NCBI RefSeq assembly: GCF_028641065.1
Contig: NC_073387.1
Location: 28,706,001-28,770,000, forward strand
DNA: 64,000 bases
Direction of reading: 5' to 3'
Origin: Leucoraja erinacea
Taxonomy: Eukaryota
A program made the position numbers and the translations under genes. Below, in pieces: positions 22,851 to 34,689 of the stretch. The notes under the pieces are model-generated. The model searched no databases and was not told where the DNA came from. It saw nothing but the letters and a program-made list of their open reading frames with translations. Position 1 is the first letter of the stretch. The number at the start of each line of letters is the position of its first letter.

Positions 22851-23079
22851 CTCATTATTGTCTTTCAGTCGCTTTAGTCTTTTAAACTTTAGTTTAGTTC
22901 AGTTTATTGTCACCTGTACCGAGGTACAGTGAAAAGCTGTAGCGTGCTAACCAGTCAGTGGAAAGACAATACATGATTACAATCAAGAAATTCACGAAAA
23001 ATCTTGAGTAATCGAGAAAGAGAGATCTACCCAGGATTAAATATTGAAATCAATTACAATTTCATAAATAGCAATCAAA

Positions 23080-23215
23080 GGGGTGGGAGATTGCAATTTT
23101 CACATGGTCCGCCCTGTTTTGACGAATGCAATCAACCTGGCATGCACAATCAAGTAAGATCAAATAGAACAAGTTGTTCTACAACATTAGGAGAAGAAGG
23201 AGAAGAAGGAGAGAA
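23080..23215 (+). mobile_element. Short Ingi/Vingi-like retroposon with 5' HDV-like ribozyme (23080-23133)
   Basis: Homologous to 61691-61835; purine tail runs into the assembly gap. Confidence 0.7.
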
Positions 23216-23252
23216 GAGGAGGAGGAGGAGGAGGAGGGGGGAGGGAGGAGGA

Positions 23253-23432
23253 NNNNNNNNNNNNNNNNNNNNNNNNNNNNNNNNNNNNNNNNNNNNNNNN
23301 NNNNNNNNNNNNNNNNNNNNNNNNNNNNNNNNNNNNNNNNNNNNNNNNNNNNNNNNNNNNNNNNNNNNNNNNNNNNNNNNNNNNNNNNNNNNNNNNNNNN
23401 NNNNNNNNNNNNNNNNNNNNNNNNNNNNNNNN
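23253..23432. other. Assembly gap (180 N)
   Basis: Run of n. Confidence 1.
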
Positions 23433-24624
23433 AGACAAACATGATTGTATTTTTTTTCCTGAAGAATACTAACTGCTTAATCTTTTCAAAATAGTTAGGG
23501 GATGTAGCGAATGTTAATTGTACTGCAATTATATCTGGGATCAGCTAACTCACAAGAATCTTTAATTTTGTCCTTTCAATTATCACTTTGGTTGAATTAG
23601 CTCTTTGAAGTTGGCAAGTAAAATTAATGTGTTTATACCCGGCTGACTGTGGAAAAGCGTGGAAGGATGAGATGGAGTTTCCATAGAGTCAGAGTGGGAA
23701 CAAGGGCACAATATTCATCTGCCCATTGCATTCTCTTTGCAATGATATTCCGAGTGCAAAGACAAAGGACAGTTAGATAGACCTGGTGGACTAAAGTCAC
23801 AACTCAAACATTGGGCTCAGATTGGAATGGGTTGGCTTGGTACTTGTCGGGAGTGATAGGGGTGGTTGGAAAATGGATAATCTTTAACTTGGATCAAAAG
23901 TGCTGGAAATACTCAGCAAGTTAGGCAGCACCAGTAGAGAACAAAACAAAGTTAAAATATCAGGTTGATGACAGTTGGATATGAACATTTCAAAAATAAC
24001 CTGCCTTTGAAAAGGGATGCATCTTATATTCTTAGCTATCGATACACTGAATTTCCTTGTGCTGTTGAACATCAAAAATGGGATGGCATTATGACATTTA
24101 TATGTGCCTATCACTAAATATTTTTATGGCAAAGAAATTAGTTTGGTTGTTGGGGGGTGGGGGGAGGAACAAGAATAGGGTTGGTGGATTTTAGATATTG
24201 CTGCAATGTCGGCTGAGATGAAGCAAAGATTTTACTTCGGAGTCACGTGAGTGACTACGTGAAGAACCCCGCCAGGATGCATGCGTGTCATATCACTACA
24301 CGCATTGCAACGAGTCACAGCAGGGGGAAAGACCTTAGCGGCAGAATTTGAAAGCCGGGAACAGCAGGTAAGGAGACCCTGCGTTCCTTCCACTTACCTT
24401 ACAGGTGGAGACATGGACCAGATCCGTGAAGGCTGCGAAAAAGCTGGCGGGGGAGAACCGCGGAGTTGCGGGCAGCCAGCAGCAGCAGCCAACGGCACGC
24501 CAATCTCCCGAAATGGGAACAGCTATGCCCGACTTCGCTCCCGCACCGGCCACGGCCGGTCGGTAGAGCAAAGCAAAAAACGAACAGAGTCGTTGACTCC
24601 GATGAGTCCGACTCTGAATAGCCA

Positions 24625-24955
24625 CGAGCGGCCAGTGCCCGTGAGCATTGGAGCCGGTTGGAGCGGCTGGGAGCGGGGAACAAGAGCAGCCGCGACGGCC
24701 AGTGCCCGTGAGCATTGGAGCCGGTTGGAGCGGCTGCAGGAGCAACTTCAGGAGCAGCCGCGATGGCCAGTGCCCATGAGCATTGGAGCCGGTTGGAGCG
24801 GCTGCAGGAACTGAAGCAGGAGCGACTTCAGGAGCAGCCGCGACGGCCAGTGCCCGTGAGCATTGGAGCCGGTTGGAGCAGGTGCAGGAACTGGAGCAGC
24901 CACGAGTGGCCAGTGCCCGAGAGCATTGGAGCCAGTTGGAGCGGCTGTTGGAGCA
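24625..24955 (+). repeat. About five tandem ~60-75 bp repeats in the DIRS gag region
   Basis: Repeated ggccagtgcccgtgagcattggagccggttggagcggctg. Confidence 0.9.
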
Positions 24956-26039
24956 AGTACTCCAAAGTGACAGGCTCCGGGAGATGAAGACTAGTCACAG
25001 TGGGCAGCTAGTAAATCCAACAGCAGTACCTCTTGTAGGGCTGCACAGTGTTTCTCCCTCATCAGAGGGGAGTACAGGGGGTCAATTCTGGGCCGACCCT
25101 GAAGAGGGGTGCAGAACATACCCCTAGTGCACATGGGGTGCAAGAAAACCTATTGGATATGGTGCCCCAGTTTAATCAACCTGACCAAACTGGCCAAAAT
25201 TGGAACCTAAAATAGCTGCAAGTATCGACTACTTGTCATTCAACCAACTATAAGGACAGGCATTATTGGACACCACAGCAAGACACTTACCACCAGGGAA
25301 CTGCAAAACACTGAATGTTCCCAGTGTCAACCAGTGTATTTGAAAACATGTCGGAGCCTCAATCAGGGACTTGAAACTACCGAAAGTTCTGAAAGTCCTA
25401 ACAGCGGGAATTATGGTTTTCGCCCGCACAATAAACAGAAAAGACATGACGCAAGATCACCAGGATGCACTGGCTTTATTTTGCAACTACCAATACGAGT
25501 AAACAGCATTAGGAAGAAGTGCCATCCAACCGGCTTTAGACCCTAATTTGCATGCCTATGCAAACCTGGAACCTCCAAACCACCAATATTACTATTTGGA
25601 GGCAACTTATCAAAACAGGTAAAAGAACTTGACGAAGAGGGTAAAACCCTGGGGCTCATTAAAGCAACGTCTAAAAACTACTTCGGCCAGGAAAAAGCAC
25701 CCCAGTCGGCCAAAACAAACTGGTGAAAGCTCAAAGGCCAGGAACACTCAACATCGGTCTTTTTAAGCCATGGCCCAGGCTTCCTGGGGAATGCGCTAAC
25801 CCTCAACACTGATCCAACTACAGATCCAGACACCGGCGCCTCAATGTCCACGGAGGATGCCGAGAAAGTAACAAACCTACCAATAGTAACCATGGAGGTA
25901 GGTGGGTCTAGTTCCTTACGAGGTTGGTGGGAGATTACAATTCTATCTGGATGCATGGAATAAATTAACTACCAATACTTATATTTTCAGAAGTATAGGG
26001 TTATACCATAGAATTTATACAAAAACATAATCCTCCAGA

Positions 26040-27480
26040 TCAGCATGTACCAACCTGAATGTTCATGCTTACAGGCAAAGAAAAATCAAAAGTGCATGCT
26101 GAACTACAGTGGCCATATAAAAAGGGAGTAACGGAGGAAACCCAACACGAATCACAGGAATTTGAGTCCAAAATCTTTATCATAAACAAGATGGTGGTTG
26201 CCGCATTATCATAGATTTGACTAATTTTAATACTTTCGTACTGTATATTCATTACTAGATGGAAACCTTTGTTACTGCTAAGCAATTGATTTCCTAGGTT
26301 ACTACATGGCAAGCATCGTTTTAAAAGATGCTTACTATACAGTACCCATTAGATGTGACCACAGATGTTATTTAACACAATGGATCATCTGGGGTTCACC
26401 CTTAACTCAGTTCTCAGTGACTTTGCCGAAAGAAAAGGTTACAGCCTTCATGGAGACTTGCAGCAAAATCATTGACATCACAAAACCATCCATCAGACTG
26501 GTAGCAAGAATAATTGGCATTATAGTGGCTGCGTTTCCAGCCACACAAATCGGACCTTTACATTATCAAAAATTACAGAGGGCTAAAATACGAGCACTCA
26601 AAAAATTATGGTGGTCATTTTGACAGACCAATGAAGCTACCAACAAAGGCCATAATGGAGCTAAAATGATGGAAAGATAACATTAGGCATTGTTCCAATC
26701 CAAACATTATCAGCTACCCGTTTATGGAACTACAAACTGATGCCAGTGCACTTGGATGGGGTGCTACCAATTCCATCTCCAGCTGTGGGGGAGATGGAAT
26801 GCACAGGAAGCATCATTATTACAAACACTGGCATATTCATAAACTACCTGGGAATGTTAAGTGCATTCCATGGCCTTAAGTCATATTGTTCTGGGTTATA
26901 TCACCAGCATGTTAGACTACAAATTGACAACACCACCGTGGTAGCATATATCACCCATATGGGTGGAAACAAATCGACATTATGTGACAATCTGACCAAC
27001 ACAATTTGGCAATAGTGTAGCCAGAGAGAGATATTTGGATATCAGCTACCTACTTACCAGGTAAACTAAATTTAGTGGCAGACAACAGGTCACGCAAATT
27101 CAATGAAAACACTGAATGGATGTTGGATAAAAATGTATTTGCTGAAATTACAGCATGGTATGGAACACCAGATATCGATCTAGTCGCATCCAGGCTCACA
27201 CCAGCTATCGAATTATGTTCATGGGAACCAGAACCTGGGACAGTGGCAACAGATGCTTTTTCGCTGCATTGGGGGATTGTTTATTTATGCATTTCGCATT
27301 TATGCATTCCCTCCTTTCTGCCTCATCAGTCGGGTATTTAGGAATATACAGCAAGACTCCGCGTCTGGTATTTTGATAGTACCCGATTGGCCTACTCAAT
27401 CATGGGTCCCGGTGATACTCGACATGGTATTAGAACCATGCATCACCATCCATCATAGACCTAATTTACTGGTTCATCCC
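26040..27480 (+). pseudogene. DIRS pol remnants: RT (LKDAYYTVPI), RNase H (TDAS..GWG, IDNTTVVAYI..MGG, ADNRSR) and methyltransferase-like domain (DIDLVASR, YAFPPF, PDWPTQSW)
   Basis: Motifs spread over several frameshifted ORFs. Confidence 0.85.
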
Positions 27481-27575
27481 GCAATAAGGGATGGGAAGTA
27501 CTGTCACAACAATAAACATTACCCACAGATCTAAGAACATCCCGTCTGTTCTGGAATTCCTGGCAAGCCTCCATT

Positions 27576-28286
27576 ATGATGAGAGGCTCAGTCATAGTGC
27601 CATCAACTGTGCCAGAAGTGCTCTGTCAACATACCTGTGGCAAGGAACAGAGCGGCATTCTGTTGGGACACACCCTGGTAACCAAACTCATGAGGGGCAT
27701 TTTTAATGTTAATCCCCCAAGAACCAGGTACTCCCAAATATGGGATGTGAGCATTGTACTGACCATGTTAAGAAACTGGTCTCCAGCTACAGCTCTGTCC
27801 CTACAGAAACTGACTATGAAAACAGTCATGCTGATGGCCTTGGTCACGGCACAAAGGGTCCAGTCACTACAGAAACTAAGGCTGGACAACATGACTATTT
27901 CATCTGGAAATTTAACTTTTCACATCAATGAATTAGTCAAACAAAACAGACAGGGGTCAGCAGGCCTAAAAACAGAATTCAGGGCCTATCCGACAGATGA
28001 TCGTCTCTGTATTGCAACACACTTACTATTATATATGGAGTATACTAAGATCATCAGAGGGAAAGAATTGTCACTTTTAATCAGCTACAAACAGCCACTC
28101 AAAACAGTGACAGTCCAGACCATCTCTAGATGGCTAAAACAGGTCCTAATAAATGCTGGAGTAGACACTAGCATTTTAAAATCTCACTCCACCAGGGCTG
28201 CAGCTACATCGGCAGCTATGAAGTTGGATGTTCCTATGAACCAAATCCTCAAAACAGCAGGATGGTCAACGGAGAAAACTTTCTAA
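27576..28286 (+). CDS. DIRS tyrosine recombinase, prematurely terminated
   Basis: LVTAQRVQSL, TISRWLK, HSTRAAATS, AGWSTEKTF; stop precedes the expected catalytic Tyr (next codons RFYNKP). Confidence 0.9.
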   Translation: MMRGSVIVPSTVPEVLCQHTCGKEQSGILLGHTLVTKLMRGIFNVNPPRTRYSQIWDVSIVLTMLRNWSPATALSLQKLTMKTVMLMALVTAQRVQSLQKLRLDNMTISSGNLTFHINELVKQNRQGSAGLKTEFRAYPTDDRLCIATHLLLYMEYTKIIRGKELSLLISYKQPLKTVTVQTISRWLKQVLINAGVDTSILKSHSTRAAATSAAMKLDVPMNQILKTAGWSTEKTF

Positions 28287-31200
28287 CGATTTTATAACAA
28301 ACCAGTCATTGAACCTGGAACATTTGCAGAAACAATTTTAAGTTCTGTAATATAATTTACCCCATAAATAGGGGCTATAATTTGGTGTTAATATATTTAT
28401 CGTTGGATTTTCAATATTGAATTGATGTCTAATGATGTTAACACTATTCTCCCCATAATCAAGGCAGATGTGATGCATGGACTCGTTTCCACGGCATGAA
28501 ATCACAGAGCTTTAAAATCTTCACGTAGTCACTCACGTGGCTCCGACGTAAAATAGTAAGATTAAACGAGAACTTACCAGTTTGAAGTTTGATCGTTATT
28601 TTATGAGGAGTAACGTTGAGGGATTATGTGCCCTCCGCTCCCACCCTTGATCATATACTCAACTGGTATCTCTTCTCTAATCTTACTATGTTTAGTCATT
28701 ACAGTTATCTGTGATTTCACACCGCTGCTTTGAAGAATGACACGCATGCATCCTGGCGGGGTTCTTCACGTAATCCCTCAACGTTACTCCTCATAAAATA
28801 ACGATCAAACTTCAAACTGGTAAGTTCTCATTTAATCTTACTATTTACAGCCCATTCACCAGCAAAGACAATACAGATTTTCCAGCCACTATTGCTATTG
28901 CAATTTTCTTTGCATGATTGACTTAGTGAAATGCCAGTACATTTGGAAGTCAATCCATTCTCTTGGGCTATAATGATGTTTATTCCATGTACATATATAT
29001 AAATCTGGAGTGAGATTATGACTGATCTGATTGTTAAGCTCAGTTCCAGAAATCTACCTACCTATCTACCTAACTTCACCTGGTAGCCTTTCACCCCACC
29101 TGCTTATCAAGAATTTTTCTACCCAAGCCTTAAAAATATTCGAAGGCTGCATTCAAATCATTTGAGGAATTGAGCCACGACCCACTGCCTTAAGTGAGTG
29201 AACCCTTATTTTCAAACAATAACTCCCCATTGTACATTTTCACACAGGAGAACAAAGAGAACCTGTTGCTCCCCTCAATATAAAATTAATTCTTGACAGA
29301 ATCACTCCAATTGGTATTTCAGCATTTTGTGTCTACCTTCAATTTAAACCAGCATCTGCAGTTCTTTCCTAAACCAATTGGTATTTAATTGATCACATTG
29401 AATGGCAATGCTGGCTCGAAGGGCCGAATGGCCTACTCCTGCACCTATTGTCTTTTGTCTATTGAAAGTAATATTTTACTTTTATTATGGAATTCTAAGG
29501 ACTATGAGACTTATTCATCTGGATGCAATTGTATCAGACAATGAGGAAAGTCTTTGTCCCAGAGTGGAATTAAACATGAATGAACATAGGTTACTTACAA
29601 GATATGGCACTTAGTAATTTCCCTGACTGATAAAAAACAAACGTGGAAAGTAAAAAAGTAGGCTCTTTTCTGACAGTCATTCAGTAGTAGTAGTCTCATT
29701 TCTCTCTTGCTGTCTATCCTAGAATGAACAGACAGAGCACCCTATATGTTGTTTGTGGCTAGAAAGCTGACATTCCAAATATTTTTAATAATTGTCCAAG
29801 ATTATTTAGGTTTCCAAAAATGGTTCATAACAACATAAGAAATGAAGGAGTAAGCCCTGCAGAAAGACATTTTCCTTACCTTATTTCTAAATGGCTCATT
29901 GCCTAAAATGGGCAAATATCCTCTTGTTGGAGGGATCAGTGTTTCAGCATCTTCCCTCGGCATCAACATTCTTATCTTTCTTACTATTACTGTATATTTC
30001 AAGCTCTTTGCAATGAAGTTCTCATACTTTTTGCCTCTCTAATTGTTCACTCAATCTGCATGTTTGCCTCTCACATCTCATCATTTAGTTATTAGTACAT
30101 AAAGATTTATTCCAAACTAATATTTACTAGTTTCTCACTATTTAAAATGTATTCTGTTTTTTCCATTTGGCCTACTAAAGTGAAAATCCCCAGATTATCC
30201 AACGTTATATTTAATTTATCTTCTTGTTCACTGGTTTAATCTCTCTGGGTCTCTTTGTAGACTATTTCTGTCCTCATTAGCTTAATACCATAAGTAAATT
30301 TGAATACGTTACAATCTGTCTTTTCACTTGTGGTTTATATCAAATGTGAATAGCTGACGCTGGGATTTTGATGTTTGTGGCACCTTATTAGAAGTAATAA
30401 TACATTCTGTTTATTCCTGTTCCTATCTTTTCACAACTCTCCATGTTTATACATGGCCAGGTCCATGAGTCCTTTGGTTATACAAATGTTTGCTGTGTTA
30501 CCTAATCAAATGCTTTTTGAAAATCCAAATATATTTCAAGCACTGATTCTTGCATTTCTCCCTCCTTCTTAGCAATCGTTTGGGGGCGAGAATGACTTGC
30601 TTCCAGTCCTGTCGGAATACCAACTCATAAACTATACACATGTGCCCCATCAGATATCCTCCCGCCTCTGCTGTGGCCATTGTAGGATTCAGAAACTAAA
30701 ACAGATGGAGCAAGAGGTGCTTGATGGGGCAGGTATGTGGATAGTTATGAGGTGTATGCTCCTTTCACCATTAATCCTGGACTTCTGTGTTCCCCCAATG
30801 GAACCAAAGGTCTCAATGTCATCCTGAATGCTTCTTCTCCACTTTGAGCGTCAATGGCCAGTATTCCCAGGAGTCAGCGAGGCCATTGCAATTTACCAAG
30901 GATACTTTGAGTATATCTTTAAATAATTTCCTTTCTAAACCAGAATATTACTTACTATTGCAGCCTTTAGAATGGCGTACAGGCAATCCTTACATTGCAG
31001 GAGTTGGTTATATTCCGAGAAAATGGCAGAACTGGCATAAAGAGCTTGGACAGCTCAAAATGTGTTAAATGTGAGCAGGGAGGCTTATTTAATGAATATA
31101 TAGAGAGACCTATTGGAGAGGACTCAAAACTAGACCTCTTCTAAGAATCAAAGGAGACCAAGTGACTGAAGCGTCAGGTGGGAGCAGGTTGGTGCTCCAG

Positions 31201-31732
31201 TTTACTCCCATATCCCGTAGACATGTGGGTTGGTAAGGTAATTCACTGTTGTAAATTGGCATGAGTGTGTAGGTGAATAGGGAAATCTGGACGTGAAGGT
31301 GTTAATATAGGATCAGTGGATGGTTAATTGTTGGCTCAGACTCTGTGGGCCCAATGGTATGTTTCTGTGTGCTGTACATCCCTGTGATGTAAGCAAAAGA
31401 CTTGAGTTGCTAGAAATCAGAAACAGACAAAAAAAGTTCTGAAAGCACAGGTCAGTCACATCCGTGCAGTGGAACATAGTTACAGTTTCAGATTGATGAC
31501 CTTTCAACACAACTGGATTAATTAAAGATAAGTTAACTTTTAAGATGCAGAAAAAGTGATGGGGTGAAGGGGGGCAATGGGTGGGGGAGAGAAAAGACAG
31601 GACGAAAGGAAATGTGCAAGGTGGAGTGCAAGATAGGGAAACCAAGCACATGACTCTATGGGCACATAAGGCAGATGCCAAAGGCAGATATATTTTCCTA
31701 ACTGTTAAACAATAGACCTGTTTATTTTAAAC

Positions 31733-32529
31733 CTAGACTAAGTGGGACCTGTTGGGTCCCAGTCACATGGGAGGCTTGGTCCCCCAACGCAACCCATTCC
31801 CCAATGCAATATTCCACCATTCACTCGTCCCTCCAATGCAACCCATTCCCACGCTGCAATATTCCACCACTCACCCATAGCCCCTAACTGTGCAGGCACG
31901 GCTCTTTCCACCTCATCCCCCAGCACTCCCTCCCCCTCCTCTTTATGTGTGGGAGGGGAGGGGAGGGGGGGGGAAGGGGAATGTGGAGTGGGAGGGGGGG
32001 GGGGGTGGGGGGGGGGTGTAGGAGGGGAGGAGAGCGTGATGTGGGGGGGACAGAGGGGTGTAGGGGGGGGGGGGGGTGGCAGAGGTATGTGGGGTAGGAG
32101 GGAAGGTGTGCATGTGTTGTGACTATTGTTGCAGCCGGGGAGGGGGGCGGCTGCAGACGGGGGCTGGTGGGGGAAGGGGGAGCATTCTTCATCTGGGTGA
32201 GGGGGACGGCTTCAGGCGGGGCTGTTGGGGGCTGATGGGGAGGGGGGCTGCACTGTTGGTGCCTACCACTGTAGGATGCTCCCCCCGGCCCTCGACAGCC
32301 CCCTCCTGAAGCCTCCCCCTCCCCAACTGCAGGATGCTCCCTCCCCCACCGATCCCCGCCTAAAGCCGTCCCATCCCGTCCCCAATTGCAGGACGCTGAG
32401 TAACAGTGAGTAAGGTGGCGAAAAATCGTAGTGCTATCGTGTACCGTTTTTGCGCAAATGTAAATACAACGCAAACCAGAAGAGGACAAGATGAGAGTTT
32501 TAGTTACGTATAGAAGAAGAAGAAGAAGA
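31733..32529 (-). mobile_element. Non-autonomous Helitron-like element
   Basis: Minus strand begins A|TC(TTC)n and ends with hairpin GGGACC-CAACA-GGTCCC, 7 nt, then CTAG; no TSD. Confidence 0.65.
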
Positions 32530-32599
32530 TGCTATGATTACATTATGAAAACCAATAATACAAAGACCCTTGGAAACCAAAACTATAAGAGTTCATATA

Positions 32600-32960
32600 T
32601 AAGGGTATAAGATCATGAGTGGAATAGATGGCGTAAACACATAGAGTCTTTTAGCCAGAGTAGGAAAATCGAGAACCAGAGGATGTTGATTTAGGGTGAG
32701 GGGGGAAAGATTCAATAAGAACCTAAGGGGCAACTTTTTTACATAAAGAGTTGAGGTATATGGAATGGGTTGCCAGAGGAGGTGGTTGAGGCAGGTACTA
32801 TCACAATGGTTAAAAAACAAATGGACAGGTATATGGATAGGATAGATTTAGAGGGAAATGGGCCAAACGCAGGCAGGTGGGGCTAGTTTGGATGGGGCAT
32901 ATTGGTCGATTTAGACAAGTTGGGCCAAAGGGCCTGTTTCCCCGCTGTATGACTCATATA
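32600..32960 (+). mobile_element. CR1 3' fragment
   Basis: gtataagatcatgag...gggcctgtttccccgctgtatgactc. Confidence 0.85.
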
Positions 32961-34689
32961 TTCTAAGTATATTTTGATTTAAACACAGGCTGTGTTCAGT
33001 TTTATGTGCTGAACATAATCTAATTTACAAAGCAGTGATCCCATAAATCTCATTGACTCATGTTTATATTTTATTATTTTCCATGATAGATATTTTTTTC
33101 TGAACTAAAGCAGTTATTATTAAATTACCACATTCTGTGCTACCAGAGAGAGGAAAATATTTTTATCACATCAAGACTGCAATACTACTCACTTACTGTT
33201 GGTGGTAACATTGAGAACATTGACTTCAAGTAGATCAACAATACCACCAGCAGGCTCTTATTGGTAATGTAATTCTTTAGAATATTCACACTAAAATACA
33301 ATTAATGCGTCAAATCGTTGCTAATTTAATTTTAAATGGTTTAATCATTTGAACATTAATAAATGGAACATTTACAAAGGCATAAATGAATATGTTTTTG
33401 CAATGATATTCACAATTTTAAATTTGTTTAGAATTTTGCTTTAAAAATACGATGCAAGCCAGCTATTCTTAGACAGAGCATGGGTGGGTTTGAAAATCAA
33501 AGATAATAGGTGGCCTCCTCTAAATTACCTAAATAAATATTCATGGCATTACCGTCACGATGCCCAAGCCTTTCCTAAACAATAATACAAGGTTACTTAA
33601 ACTGATATCTACAGGATTCTCAAAGGCACATTAAAGGCTTCTGCTGTTAGTTTTAAAATACCCATTACATGTTGACTTTGAGACTGGTGTCATTGATTGC
33701 TTTAAAATGCGTTTACTCCAAGCACATCTGGGAGGCCATGATGTATTACAGGTCATCAGGTTTCTTTTGCATTTCTTTGTATTTGTTCACTTTCTTGGAT
33801 AGAATTGCCATTCCCCAGTAGATAGTGTTTTCCACAAGGGTTACTTGGTGAAAATCACATTAATTAGACCATGGGGGTGATGTGTTGCAGCAGAGATGGT
33901 GTGGTTTACTGGAGATTCCTACTAATGCAACAAAAATTAAATTAAAAAAATAAAATGTTCTCCCACCTGATTTACCTAATTAAACAACTTTAATGTTAGA
34001 TTATGGTTCAAAAAGGTTGTCATTTTTACATTATGTCTGCATTTATTGTGGGTCTGGGGGTAATTTGTGCTTTCTGGTTGAGGCATGCATTGAGATTCTT
34101 TACTTAAATTTAATCCTTAACAATGCAGAATGGTTCCATGGTTATTGATAACATCACTAGTTTTCCACTGTGAAAACTCATTCCTTCCTCATTGGATGCA
34201 TACAGATGGGCATTCAGACAATTTGGGAATCGCTAAAACACAATCAATATTCTGGAAGATTTACAAGCTGAATCTTCAACTTCCTTTTGTGGATTTTGAG
34301 GTAGAGTCCAGCTGTAAAAAAAGACAATATGCTAGAGTAATTCAGAGGGTCAGGCAGCATATCTGTTGGACATGGATTGGTGAAGTTTCAGATTGGATCT
34401 GACAATTTAACACTCTCTTGATCATAAGAAGCGCCATAAAACCAACCGGAATCATCAGCAAAGTGGTGCAAGGTATCATCAACAGTATTATCAAGAACAA
34501 TGGTGTAGCTAGTCTCACAACTCTAGCAGCTCAGGTTCAATCCTCACCAATTATTTTGGTGTATATATTGCAGAACAGGGTGAGCGATGTATGATGGTTA
34601 TCTGGTGGATCATTCGTCATATAGAACTAATGGCTGGCTCCACTATTGTTTCTTGAACTGCAATCATTGTGTTCTATTTAGAGAAGCTC

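Larger units (their letters stand above)
24229..28846 (+). mobile_element. DIRS1-type tyrosine-recombinase retrotransposon; termini intact, ORFs decayed
   Basis: Left ITR 24229-24291, right ITR 28737-28842, internal complementary region 28518-28630; RT, RNase H, MT and YR remnants. Confidence 0.95.

Noticed and set aside
23004-23494. ORFs spanning X residues
   Set aside because: Artefacts of the 180-N gap and (GGA)n tract
24625-24955. CRISPR-like array
   Set aside because: Eukaryotic context, spacers are not unique, and it is a tandem repeat within DIRS gag
27576-28286. Phage integrase or prophage
   Set aside because: Lies downstream of RT/RNase H between DIRS ITRs and ICR; it is the retrotransposon's tyrosine recombinase
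31742-32489. Pro-rich and Gly-rich ORFs
   Set aside because: Produced by G/C homopolymer runs in the Helitron-like element
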